Assembly: GCA_039208735.1 (NCBI GenBank)
Contig: JBCCQY010000095.1
Span: 1-35,613 of the forward strand
Reading direction: 5' to 3'
DNA: 35,613 nt
Origin: Myxococcota bacterium
GTDB taxonomy: Bacteria; Myxococcota_A; UBA796; GCA-2862545
The first letter of the stretch is position 1. Each line of letters starts with the position of its first letter. This document shows, piece by piece, positions 8,077-17,582 of the stretch. The translations under genes were made by a program, and so were the position numbers. The notes beneath the pieces are model-generated. The model did not search any database. It was not told the origin of the DNA and saw only the letters and a program-made list of their open reading frames with translations.

Positions 8077-9333
8077 CTACGGCGTCGGGGCCGGTAGTGC
8101 TTCGTCGAGGAGCTGAATGGGATGCCGCACCGGACGGTCCGTGTGGCGTCCAATCTGGATGGCGCAGCCAATGTTGCCCGCGGCGATGACCTCGGGGTCC
8201 GTCGCTGCAAGCGCAGCTGCCTTCTGGGTTCCAAGCGAGGTCGCCAGGGCGGGTTGGAGCAGGTTGTAGGTGCCCGCAGATCCGCAGCACAAATGGGGAT
8301 CGACAGGTTCGAGGACGGTATGCCCGATCCGCCGAAGGAGCGCTTTGGGGACCTCACGCACCCCTTGGCCGTGCTGCAGGCTGCAGGCAGCGTGGTAAGC
8401 CACGCGTCGAGGTTCGGGCGCTTTGGCGTCATCCGGCCAGCCCAACGTCTCGACGGCTTCGAGCACATCGCACGACAGCTCCGAGACCCGAGCCGCTTCG
8501 GCCGCGAGCGGATCGTTGCGCAGCAGGTGTCCGTAATCCTCCAGCATGGTGCCGCAGCCCGAGACCGTGCTCACGATGGCGTGAAGCGTCCGCAAGTGCG
8601 GACGCAGGGCCTCGACGTTTTGTCGTACGAACCCCAGCATGGCGTCGTGTTGACCGAGGTGATGGGGCACCGCGCCACAACATCCCAGCCCGTCGATCAC
8701 CACGACCTGGGCGCCTAGCCGTTCGAGCACCCGCACCGTCGCGTCGTGGACATCGGCGTCGAGGACCGACTGGACGCACCCCACCAGGAGCGCGATGCGA
8801 GGCTTCTGCGGGTCGGGCGCCGGCGCGGGGGGTGGGATCCAGCGGCGAACGGCCTTCGCGGGCGCCAAATCGATCATGGGCTGCAGAAAGGACGGTAGCC
8901 ACGGGGCCATGAGGCGACCCAGAGGGGCGAGCGCCAGGGCCCAGCGGAATCGTGCGGGATACGGCAGTAACCAGCCGAGGAGGGCGCGCTGAAGCCGCTC
9001 GGGCCACGGCCGCACCGCTTGGGATTCGATGGTGGCTCGAGCGTGGTCCACGAGGTGCATGTAGTGGACGCCCGAAGGACACGCGGTTTGGCATGCGAGG
9101 CACGACAAGCATCGATCCACGTGATGGATTACGGCCGGTGTCGCCTCCCCCCGCTCGAGAAGGTCTTGCATGAGGACGATGCGCCCCCGAGGGCTGTCGA
9201 GTTCACTGCCGACCAGCGCATAGGTGGGGCAGGCGGCAAGGCAAAACCCGCAATGCACACAGTTCCGCAATTGCTGGGCCGCCACTCGAACATCGGGATC
9301 GGCCAGTTGTGCCTCGGTGAACTCGGTTTTCAT
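8077..9333 (-). CDS. glcF: Glycolate oxidase iron-sulfur subunit
   Basis: CVHCGFCLAACP and CLSCLACQTACP 4Fe-4S motifs plus two CCG domains; lies downstream of glcDE. Confidence 0.93.
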   Translation of the reverse strand: MKTEFTEAQLADPDVRVAAQQLRNCVHCGFCLAACPTYALVGSELDSPRGRIVLMQDLLERGEATPAVIHHVDRCLSCLACQTACPSGVHYMHLVDHARATIESQAVRPWPERLQRALLGWLLPYPARFRWALALAPLGRLMAPWLPSFLQPMIDLAPAKAVRRWIPPPAPAPDPQKPRIALLVGCVQSVLDADVHDATVRVLERLGAQVVVIDGLGCCGAVPHHLGQHDAMLGFVRQNVEALRPHLRTLHAIVSTVSGCGTMLEDYGHLLRNDPLAAEAARVSELSCDVLEAVETLGWPDDAKAPEPRRVAYHAACSLQHGQGVREVPKALLRRIGHTVLEPVDPHLCCGSAGTYNLLQPALATSLGTQKAAALAATDPEVIAAGNIGCAIQIGRHTDRPVRHPIQLLDEALPAPTP

Positions 9334-10421
9334 GCGGGTCCTCGACGGCCCGGTTCCAAGATACCCGCCGGGTCGAACTGGGCTTTGATGCGTGATTCAA
9401 GCGTGCGGACGCCTTCGCCGGCCGGCTGGAAGACCGGAACCTCGGCTTTGCGGGCGTCTGAGGCTCGGATGAGGGTGGCATGGCCCGTCACCAAATGGCG
9501 GCGCACGTCTTGCGCGGTCGTGTAGCCAAGCCAGATCCGGCCTCCCCCCTGGTCGAGGATGAACCGGTCGGGAGCCGTAGCCTCGATGAAAGTGGCCGCC
9601 TCGGCGGGGGGGACCGAAACACGCCAAACCTCGTCCATGCCGTTGACCGCGGTGGCGTCCCGAATGGCGGCCCAAAAGGCCAACGAAGCATCATGGTCGG
9701 TGACCTCATCGGCCTCGAGGTGTGCCCGAAGCGCTTCAGCGCGGTGAGCGACCGAGGATGTGGGTCCTTCGACTCGCACCGCCGCGGAGCCGTCGACGAA
9801 TGCAGCCCCTGTGGGGTCATGCGGGCTCGCGAGGGCTGCGGTCAAGGTCGCCAAGGCCTGCGCGGGCGACTGGCCATGTTTCATCACCGTCTTTGTGGCC
9901 TTAGGAGCTGGCCACACCTTGACGTGCACGCAGGTGAGCACGGCCAACGTGCCAAAACTGCCGCAGAGGAGCTTCGAAAGATCGTAGCCCGTCACATTCT
10001 TGACCACGCGACCGCCCGCGACGAAAAACTCGCCCCTTCCCGTCACGGCCTCGAAGCCCAACAAGTGGTCGCGAGCCGCGCCGAGCCGAAAGCGTCGCGG
10101 GCCACTGTCGTTAATGGCCAATGCACCGCCCAGGCTTCCCTCGAGACAGGGTTCGAAGGCGAGCATCTGCCCTTCTGCCTGTAACACCGCCGCAACCTCA
10201 GCCAGCGGGGTGGCGGGGTGCGCTGTAAGGAGGAGTTCTGAAGGTTGGTAGTCGAGGATTCCGTTCAAGCGCCCGAGGTCGAGCACCGCGTCGGCCTGGG
10301 TCGGATGACCGAGTCCGTCTCGCGTGCCCAGGCCACGGACGGCCAGTCGTTCGCCTCCGGCCGCCGCCTCGCGGATCACGGCGGTGACGGCTGCGGCATC
10401 ATCGGGGGTGTAGCGCTGCAC
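9330..10421 (-). CDS. glcE: Glycolate oxidase FAD-binding subunit
   Basis: GPRRFRLGAARDHLLG, GGRVVKNVTGYDLSKL and KAQFDPAGIL motifs; located between glcD and glcF. Confidence 0.9.
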   Translation of the reverse strand: MQRYTPDDAAAVTAVIREAAAGGERLAVRGLGTRDGLGHPTQADAVLDLGRLNGILDYQPSELLLTAHPATPLAEVAAVLQAEGQMLAFEPCLEGSLGGALAINDSGPRRFRLGAARDHLLGFEAVTGRGEFFVAGGRVVKNVTGYDLSKLLCGSFGTLAVLTCVHVKVWPAPKATKTVMKHGQSPAQALATLTAALASPHDPTGAAFVDGSAAVRVEGPTSSVAHRAEALRAHLEADEVTDHDASLAFWAAIRDATAVNGMDEVWRVSVPPAEAATFIEATAPDRFILDQGGGRIWLGYTTAQDVRRHLVTGHATLIRASDARKAEVPVFQPAGEGVRTLESRIKAQFDPAGILEPGRRGPA

Positions 10422-11897
10422 CTAGAACCTCGGAATGCCCGCGTGGCGGGGGTCACCGTGGTGCACATGCATGCGGCCGCCCTCGGCGCACCGGTGGAGT
10501 GTCGGAAATACTTTGCCGGGATTGAGGAGTCCTTCGGGATCGAAGGCGCACTTCAGCCGTTGCATGACCTCAAGATCGGTCTTCGAAAACATCTCGCTCA
10601 TCAGCGCGCGCTTTTCAACGCCGATGCCGTGTTCGCCGGACAGCACGCCACCCACCGCCACGCATGCCCGCAGGATTTCGGCGCCGAGCGCTTCGGCCCG
10701 CTCCACTTGGTCGGGCTGCTGCGCATCGTAGAGCACCAAGGGATGGAGATTGCCGTCGCCTGCGTGGAACACGTTGGCCACGGGAAGGCCATGTTGATCG
10801 GATAGCTCGCGAATGCGCCGTAGCACCTCGGGCAGGGCCCCTCGCGGAATCGTCCCGTCCATGCAGTAGTAGTCAGGACGAATGCGGGATGTGGCGGGAA
10901 ATGCCGCCTTGCGTCCGCGCCAAAACTGGAGTCGTTCCGCCTCGTCGACGCTCGCTCGGATCGAGGTCGCCCCGCACTCCTTTGCGATGGCCTCGACCTG
11001 GGCAGTGCGTTCATCCACCTCCACCGCGGGTCCATCGAGTTCAACGATCAGCAGGGCTTCGGCATCGGTGGGGTAGCCAGGCGACGCGCCGGTGGCGCCA
11101 AGAAAGCCCTCCACGGCCTCGATGACCATCCGGTCCATCATCTCCATCCCCGCCGGAACGATGCCCGATCCAATGATCGCGGCAACGCAGGCGCCCGCCG
11201 CTTCTTCGGATGCGAAGGCGACAAGCAGTGCGCGGGCCTGGGCCGGAGTCCGAAGGATGCGCACCGTGACCTCGGTCACGATTCCCAACAGCCCCTCGGA
11301 ACCCGTGACCACGCCGAGCAGATCGTATCCGCCGGCATCGAGATGCTTGCCCCCAAGTCGCACAACCGTCCCATCGATCAAGACCAGTTCGACCCCAAGG
11401 AGGTTGTGGGTGGTGAGTCCGTACTTGAGGCAGTGCACGCCGCCCGAGTTCTCGGCGACATTCCCGCCGAGGGAGCAGGCCACTTGAGACGAGGGATCGG
11501 GAGCGTAGTACCAGCCCTCGTCGGCGACCGCCTTGGTGACCGCCAGGTTGGTGACCCCAGGCTGGGCGACAACGCAGCGATTGTCGTAGTCGATGTCGAG
11601 GATCTGATTCATGCGGGTGACGGCGAGGGTCACTCCTTGCTCGTGCGGCAGGGCGCCCCCGGACAAGCCGGTCCCCGCGCCCCGAGGCACGAGGGGCACC
11701 CCCAGCTCATGGCAGGTCCGCAACACCGCCGCGACCTGGGCCGTGGTGGAAGGTAGTGCAACGGCCAGCGGCAGGGCGCGATGCATGGTTAGGCCGTCGG
11801 ACTCCCAGGCGCGGCGGGCGACGGGGTCGGTGATGACGGCATCGTCAGGAAGGATGGCACGGAGTCGGCGAACCAGGGCAGGGTCGATGGCGGTCAT
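10422..11897 (-). CDS. glcD: Glycolate oxidase subunit (FAD-linked oxidase)
   Basis: PRGAGTGLSGG, YAPDPSSQ, ENSGGVHCLKYG, HAGDGNLHP and GEHGIGVEK motifs. Confidence 0.93.
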   Translation of the reverse strand: MTAIDPALVRRLRAILPDDAVITDPVARRAWESDGLTMHRALPLAVALPSTTAQVAAVLRTCHELGVPLVPRGAGTGLSGGALPHEQGVTLAVTRMNQILDIDYDNRCVVAQPGVTNLAVTKAVADEGWYYAPDPSSQVACSLGGNVAENSGGVHCLKYGLTTHNLLGVELVLIDGTVVRLGGKHLDAGGYDLLGVVTGSEGLLGIVTEVTVRILRTPAQARALLVAFASEEAAGACVAAIIGSGIVPAGMEMMDRMVIEAVEGFLGATGASPGYPTDAEALLIVELDGPAVEVDERTAQVEAIAKECGATSIRASVDEAERLQFWRGRKAAFPATSRIRPDYYCMDGTIPRGALPEVLRRIRELSDQHGLPVANVFHAGDGNLHPLVLYDAQQPDQVERAEALGAEILRACVAVGGVLSGEHGIGVEKRALMSEMFSKTDLEVMQRLKCAFDPEGLLNPGKVFPTLHRCAEGGRMHVHHGDPRHAGIPRF

Positions 11898-11968
11898 AGC
11901 GATGATTTTAGGTCCAGACTCGACCAGGCGCGATGTCGGACGGAAAAACAGTGCCACCGGATGGTGCC

Positions 11969-12727
11969 TCAGTCGACCGTCAGTGGGACCTCGAGCCAGT
12001 CGGCTCCGCCCTGCCCGTCGCGCACCACCACGACGACGATGCCCTTGAAGGCGGCGTCTACCGCGAGTTCAAGGCTCCCGTCGCCAAGAATGTCGGGGCC
12101 TCCCCCGGGGGGGCCGTCGACCGCGACGTTGGCATCGGTGTACCAGCGGACGCTCGCGTTCTCGTCGTCTTCATCGTCTTCGAACGGCACGTCGAGCACC
12201 GCGACCTGGTCGATGTCGAGACCAATGCTGGCCACTTCCGTGTCGTCGACCCGGATGCCCCGGATGCGGGGATGGGTGTTGGGTTCGTCGGAGGCCACGT
12301 CGAGCGTGAGGGTGGCTTGCTCGATGTCGTCACCTTCCGGAGGCACGCCGTACGCCAATAGGCCCACCTGAGAGACGCCTTCGGGGGCGATCGCCAATAC
12401 TGGCATTCCGGGTTCAACTCCCACGATGCCTTGCTTTGCCGCGAGCTGTCGCTGGGCGGTCTGCGCCTTGGGTGTCAGGTCATCCCAATCGAGCTGCGAC
12501 AGCTCCGACACGAGCGGTGCGGTGGGGTCGCAAGGGAAGGCACACCAGACCACGGTGGGAGTCCCCGAGGGAGCGTAGGCGTAGGAGGTGACCGTGTAAG
12601 GCGCTCCAATGACCGGCTGCGCAGGTTCCGCTCGAGCGGCCAGGATGCGGGTGCGATCCAAGATGGACTCGTTCGGCAGGTCGAGGGAGCAGGCAGAAAG
12701 CGCCAAAGCGAAAACGAACCACTTCAT
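11969..12727 (-). CDS. Lipoprotein associated with the TonB-dependent receptor
   Basis: Lipobox LSAC, an RILAARAEP motif and a C-terminal VVVRDGQGG..W; 1-nt overlap with the receptor stop. Confidence 0.8.
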   Translation of the reverse strand: MKWFVFALALSACSLDLPNESILDRTRILAARAEPAQPVIGAPYTVTSYAYAPSGTPTVVWCAFPCDPTAPLVSELSQLDWDDLTPKAQTAQRQLAAKQGIVGVEPGMPVLAIAPEGVSQVGLLAYGVPPEGDDIEQATLTLDVASDEPNTHPRIRGIRVDDTEVASIGLDIDQVAVLDVPFEDDEDDENASVRWYTDANVAVDGPPGGGPDILGDGSLELAVDAAFKGIVVVVVRDGQGGADWLEVPLTVD

Positions 12728-14904
12728 CAGAGCCTCAAGTCGAGCTGAAGACCGGGGGACGGCAAGAAGGGCAGTCCACTCACCGGAGTGGCGCTGCTGA
12801 AGTCGTAGGCGTCGATCAAGAATTCCGGGTTTTCACCCGTGATGACGTTGAGTAGATCGAGGTAGATCTTGGCCTGACCGCGCCGGAAGTTGAAGGTCTT
12901 CGACACCCGAAGGTCGAGCGCCATGTACGGGTCGAGGCGGCCCGAGTTGACGTCGCCCGACGGAATGCCGGTGTACGTCCCATCGGACAACTCGAAAATG
13001 CCCCCTTCGTAGGGGGTAAAGGGGTTTCCGCTGGTGTACTGGAACCGAAACCCGAAGTCCCAGCCTTTGCGCAGCTGGTACCCCGCAATCGCGATGAGAT
13101 TATGGGTTTGGTCGAGCCCGAACAACACCCAGTCGTCGGAGGCCTCGGGGTCGTCGATGCGCTCGGACCGTGACAGCGAATAGCTGATCCAGCCGAAGAG
13201 GGGCCCGGTGGGCTCTTTGCGGAGCAAGAACTCGAGGCCGTAGGCTCGGCCGATACCGTCGTTCATGAAGGCTGGGGCGCCAAACTGCTGAATAGCGATG
13301 TTCGACATGGAGCGGCCGTAGGCCACGGCGTCGAACGTGGCGACGTCGCCAAGCTTCTGCTCGAAGCCAACCTCGGCGGTCAGGGCGCGTTCGAGGGCGA
13401 GCGGGGTGTCGGGCGAGAACGCGAGCGCCTGAGCGGACGGCATCTGGTGGCTCAAGCCCACGCCGCCTTTGAGGGTGGACCCTTCCACGACGTTGAAGCG
13501 AACGCTCCCCCGAGGGGACAGGCCAAACTCGGGATCGAGGCCCTGGCGGAACATGCTCTCGGCCCGAAGGCCCGCACTCATGACCAGCCGCTTTTCGTCG
13601 CGCAACGGCCGCAACTGCACCTCGGCGTACGGGTCGGGCTGGGTCACCCAACGGGCATCCGTGGCTTCAAAGGCCTGATTGGGATCGCCCGCGGTTGGGT
13701 CGAAGGGAAGCGTCGCGTCGATCTCGAGATTGGAGCCTTGGATTTGTGCACCTCCTACCACGACCCACATCGGATTGGGCGTCCATCGGGCTTCGGCGCG
13801 AAGGCCGGTGCGAATGCCCTGCTCGATCACGGAGACGGCGGTGCCCAATCCGACCTGGTCATTGTCCCACCCCACGGCGGGCTGGACGAGCAGTTTGAAG
13901 CGGTTCGACGGTTCATAAACCCAGGACGCGACGGCACGGTGGGAGGTGGTGGTCGAGGTGATGCCGAAGTCGCTGTCGTCCGTGCCGATTCGGTCGTTGA
14001 GCCCAAATGCGATCAGGCGAAAGGTGTGGGGTGACGTGTTGAGCGTTTGAAACTGCACTTGGTAGTCGAACCAGGCAGGAAGTACGAAGTCGTTCGCCAA
14101 AGGCGCCAGCACCAAATCGACGTACGAGCGTCGAATTGCGCCGGCTACCCCTACCGCATCGTTTTTGCCCAGCGCCCCTCGGAAGGACGCGGAAGCATCC
14201 AGCAGGTCGGCTTGGGCGGTGAGTTCCCACTCGTCGCTCCAGTCTGCTCGGGTCTGGATGTCGACCACGCCCGAGGTGGTATCGCCATAGCGGGAGGGGA
14301 AGATGCCAGGCAGAAAGTCGACTTGAGCCACCATGGAAGGGTGGATGACCGACCGGTAGCCGCCCACGTGGTAGACGATGGGCACCTCGACCCCGTCGAT
14401 GAGGACCGTCGTGTCATCGTCGTTGCCTCCCCGAATGATGAGCTGGCTACTCCCAAAGGGCGGACGAGCGGCCCCGGGAAGGGAGGTGACCACACGCACC
14501 GGATCCCCGAAGCCGCCGGGCACTCGTGCCACTTCGGCGGACGTCAGCGTGCGCGTGGTCACGATGGGGTCGGGCTCGTCGTAGTACACGACCACGACCT
14601 CACCCACCTCATACGGCACCATCGTAAGGTCTAGGGGCGTCATGCCCTCGATGGCGACGTAGCTCACGGTGAGGTTTTGGTACTCCGTCGCATAGACTTC
14701 GAGGGAACCGGGTCCTTCGGGGACGTCGAGCCGAAAGGCGCCTTCGAAGTTCGACTGGGTTCGAACGACCTCGCCGGCCTCGGTTCGAACGACCACTTTG
14801 GCCGCTTCGATCGGGGTTTGCATCTCCTCATCGAACAGAGTCCCGGTCAGCTCCACCGCCCAGGCAGGGGAGTTCCCGAGGCCCATGAGGGCCATCCATT
14901 GCAC
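12727..14904 (-). CDS. TonB-dependent receptor with an N-terminal carboxypeptidase-regulatory-like domain
   Basis: Plug motifs VPGGFGDPVRVVTSLPG, LIIRGG and IDGVEVP; barrel motifs GRAYGLEFLL, GWISYSLSRS and LDLRVSK. Confidence 0.88.
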   Translation of the reverse strand: MQWMALMGLGNSPAWAVELTGTLFDEEMQTPIEAAKVVVRTEAGEVVRTQSNFEGAFRLDVPEGPGSLEVYATEYQNLTVSYVAIEGMTPLDLTMVPYEVGEVVVVYYDEPDPIVTTRTLTSAEVARVPGGFGDPVRVVTSLPGAARPPFGSSQLIIRGGNDDDTTVLIDGVEVPIVYHVGGYRSVIHPSMVAQVDFLPGIFPSRYGDTTSGVVDIQTRADWSDEWELTAQADLLDASASFRGALGKNDAVGVAGAIRRSYVDLVLAPLANDFVLPAWFDYQVQFQTLNTSPHTFRLIAFGLNDRIGTDDSDFGITSTTTSHRAVASWVYEPSNRFKLLVQPAVGWDNDQVGLGTAVSVIEQGIRTGLRAEARWTPNPMWVVVGGAQIQGSNLEIDATLPFDPTAGDPNQAFEATDARWVTQPDPYAEVQLRPLRDEKRLVMSAGLRAESMFRQGLDPEFGLSPRGSVRFNVVEGSTLKGGVGLSHQMPSAQALAFSPDTPLALERALTAEVGFEQKLGDVATFDAVAYGRSMSNIAIQQFGAPAFMNDGIGRAYGLEFLLRKEPTGPLFGWISYSLSRSERIDDPEASDDWVLFGLDQTHNLIAIAGYQLRKGWDFGFRFQYTSGNPFTPYEGGIFELSDGTYTGIPSGDVNSGRLDPYMALDLRVSKTFNFRRGQAKIYLDLLNVITGENPEFLIDAYDFSSATPVSGLPFLPSPGLQLDLRL

Positions 14905-14967
14905 ACGACCTCCGCGACTCGAGCGCAGCTTATGCGTGGACCGTGGAGGAACTGTGGAGGTTGTCGA

Positions 14968-16068
14968 CTACTCGCCGAGCGCCCAAATCCGCGCGACCAG
15001 GTAGGTCGACATGGCGGAAAGGCCTGGCGCAATTCCCAAGTGGACGCGCTCATATCGAGGGCAGAATTTTGCTTTGAACGCGGTCAGGCTCCGAAAACCA
15101 AACCAGCGATCCGCAACGGGGCCCTCCCACGCCCATCGCATGGCCAGGCCGAGCACGCCGGGGACTTCGTGGGCGGTGCCTTCGGCCAGCGGGCAGGGCC
15201 CCAGGCTGACGCGCTGGACGCCTTCCGTGCGCAGTTGCTCCATCGCCGACACCAACAGGGCTTCCATGCTGCCGGGACCGGCCTTGGGATGCCGGCACAT
15301 CACGTCCAAGCTGGCCGCGCCGTCGGGTCCGGGGAGCACGGTGCAGAACGCCTGCACGAGTCCGTCGTGATGGGCCACGAAGGTCCGATGTCCGAAATAC
15401 GTCGAAAAAACCGGTCCGCCCGTAAGCCAACGCAGCTGCCAGGGCACGTCACGAGCGCGAAGAAAGGCTCGCCAGGTGGCTTTGAGCCGCTCGGCCCATG
15501 CCCGAGGGTCGACCTCCTGTACGACCACTCCGCGGTTGCGGGCTCGGTTGCGCATTTGCCGCAAGTCGGCGAAGCGTTTTCCTTCAAGCGTAAACTCGTC
15601 GAGGTCGACCCATGCTTCGACGCCGACGGGCATCGTCTCAAAGCCCGCGCTGCGAGCGGCGTCCAGGTCTGGCTCGCGGACGGGGTAGACGGCCTGACGT
15701 CGGATGCCGAGCGCATTTGTCGCTTCGCGAAACTGGGCGAACGCGGCGGGTCGGTCGGGGCCGTGGACGCCGCCGACGGCGAGGGCGGTGGCGCCGCGGG
15801 CCGCGAAGCTCGTCCACGTGGTTTCGTCGCCGACGGTGGCGAGGCCGGGCTGAAGAGCAAGCCAGCCTTCGGGTCCGGCTCCCGACAACAGGCGCCGGTG
15901 GCGAACGGCAAGGGAGATGTCAGGCAGTTCGTTGGCGCGTGACCATCCATCCACGAAACGCGCCGGCCAGGCTAACCATTGCCGAAGCCAGTCGCCCTGG
16001 ACTACCGGAACGGGAAGGGCGGGCGGGGCAGCGGTGAGCGTGGTCGAGCTGGCCAAGTGGACCTCCAT
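14968..16068 (-). CDS. DUF2156 / MprF-like aminoacyl-phosphatidylglycerol synthase catalytic domain, stand-alone
   Basis: VGVEAWVDLDEFTLEGKRFADLRQMRNRA, LDVMCRHP..GSMEALL, SLGPCPLA and FGFRSLTAFKAKF motifs. The start is uncertain. Confidence 0.82.
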   Translation of the reverse strand: MEVHLASSTTLTAAPPALPVPVVQGDWLRQWLAWPARFVDGWSRANELPDISLAVRHRRLLSGAGPEGWLALQPGLATVGDETTWTSFAARGATALAVGGVHGPDRPAAFAQFREATNALGIRRQAVYPVREPDLDAARSAGFETMPVGVEAWVDLDEFTLEGKRFADLRQMRNRARNRGVVVQEVDPRAWAERLKATWRAFLRARDVPWQLRWLTGGPVFSTYFGHRTFVAHHDGLVQAFCTVLPGPDGAASLDVMCRHPKAGPGSMEALLVSAMEQLRTEGVQRVSLGPCPLAEGTAHEVPGVLGLAMRWAWEGPVADRWFGFRSLTAFKAKFCPRYERVHLGIAPGLSAMSTYLVARIWALGE

Positions 16069-16192
16069 CCACTTCACTAGACACGCTGGTTGGCCCAACC
16101 ACCACCGTGTGCGCAAAGGGCACACATTGACACAAAGAAAGACGGCAGAACGCTCACGCAGCTCGGATGACCTCCGCGTCATCGTTCTCGCG

Positions 16193-16480
16193 TCACGAAG
16201 CAACGTCCAAAGGCACGTCAGGCTCCAGAAACCAGATGGTGTCCTCGCCTGGGCGTCCCGTCACGGAGTAGACCAGGCCCATCCCCCGCATGCGCGTCAA
16301 GTGAGAGGCGACTAGCGTGAACAGCCGAGCGTCGATGCCCTTGATCCGGCTCGGCGGGGGCCCCTCCCTTTTCAGGCCGCGATTGATGAGTTCGATGACG
16401 AGTCGGGACGTAGGTGACCCTTGCCAAAAATCCAAACCGATTTGTTCATGCAGCACCTTCTCAATGGCGTCGGGCGTCAC
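16193..16480 (-). CDS. Small hypothetical protein, possibly winged-helix-like
   Basis: A 95-aa ORF filling the gap, with a G-rich RBS and a helix-then-beta-hairpin-like C-terminus. Confidence 0.55.
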   Translation of the reverse strand: MTPDAIEKVLHEQIGLDFWQGSPTSRLVIELINRGLKREGPPPSRIKGIDARLFTLVASHLTRMRGMGLVYSVTGRPGEDTIWFLEPDVPLDVAS

Positions 16481-16559
16481 GACCCCCCCCTACGAGGGGA
16501 ATCTGTCCGTAGATCGAAGGGCCAGCCATCCTCATCTTTCCACGACGAGGTCCACGACG

Positions 16560-17120
16560 ATGCGTACACCCCGTTATACCGACCGGCTGGTTATCCGCCC
16601 GTTCCGCCTCGAAGATAGGGCAGCCGCGTCCAAGCTGTGGGCCGTCACCTTTCATGCGACGCTCACCGAGGAGAGACTCCTGTGGATGGCGCTCACCCCG
16701 GCCCAGCTCGAAGACCTTCAACAGCCCCCGATCGGCGATCGAGCCGTGCTCCTTCGCGACACGGGCACCTTGGTCGGTGTCGTCGGGCTCACGTACACCA
16801 ATGGTCCGTATTCGCTGCTCGACGTGACGCCTCCCGTCGGGACCTCCCTTCCTTGGACGCTGGAGATCGGCCTGTTTTGGGCCGTTCATCCAGACCATCG
16901 AGGCTGCGGTTACGCCACCGAGGCCGCAAGGAGCATGATCGGTCTGGCCACGGACCATGTCCGCGTACCTCGCGTCATCGCCCACACCGAACACCACAAC
17001 ACTCCCTCGCGTGGTGTGATGGAGCGTCTCGGAATGGACATCCAGAGCTTCCACGACGTTCCCCACGCACCCTGGTTCCAGATCGTCGGACAACTGCCGA
17101 CACTGCAATCCCCAGGGTGA
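16560..17120 (+). CDS. GNAT N-acetyltransferase, RimJ/RimL family
   Basis: TDRLVIRPF, EIGLFWAVHPDHRGCGYATEAA and NTPSRGVMERLGM motifs. Confidence 0.88.
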   Translation: MRTPRYTDRLVIRPFRLEDRAAASKLWAVTFHATLTEERLLWMALTPAQLEDLQQPPIGDRAVLLRDTGTLVGVVGLTYTNGPYSLLDVTPPVGTSLPWTLEIGLFWAVHPDHRGCGYATEAARSMIGLATDHVRVPRVIAHTEHHNTPSRGVMERLGMDIQSFHDVPHAPWFQIVGQLPTLQSPG

Positions 17121-17191
17121 ACGACGGGCGGGCGCTCTCGGTGGCGCTCCGCGCCGACCAGGCGGTTTCCATGGCCGCAAAGGCTCGTGAC

Positions 17192-17217
17192 GCATTGTCC
17201 GGATTTCCGGACAATGC
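17192..17217. promoter_or_regulatory. Perfect 12-bp inverted repeat, putative operator
   Basis: GCATTGTCCGGA-TT-TCCGGACAATGC, about 65 bp upstream of the ORF at 17283. Confidence 0.5.
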
Positions 17218-17282
17218 CCGGACCATCGGGATGACCGCGTCTCGACTAGATTGTCATCGAACGACAATGCGGAGGTTGCGAG

Positions 17283-17576
17283 ATGGTTGGACTGTGGCTT
17301 TGGCTGGTCGCGACAGGGTGTCAGCTCAGCCCCGAACAGCAGTGGAGGGACTGTGGGTGCACCGTCGACGAGGTTTGCGTCAGGTTCGTGGACGGGACGG
17401 AGTGTGTTGCAGCACCCGAGGCCTGTGACCCCGACCCGGGCGAGTGCCTCGACTTCGACGACGAGGCGTGCTCGCTCGCGGTCGACGGGCTGTGCGGAGA
17501 CGACCGTCGCGTGTCCTCTAGCTGTGGCCTTGACCCGGACGGTGGCCGGAGACGGATCGTCGGCTGCGAGGCCTAA
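17283..17576 (+). CDS. Small Cys- and acid-rich putative lipoprotein
   Basis: Hydrophobic N-terminus with an ATGC lipobox-like motif and many Cys, Asp and Glu residues. Confidence 0.65.
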   Translation: MVGLWLWLVATGCQLSPEQQWRDCGCTVDEVCVRFVDGTECVAAPEACDPDPGECLDFDDEACSLAVDGLCGDDRRVSSSCGLDPDGGRRRIVGCEA

Positions 17577-17582
17577 GCTCGC

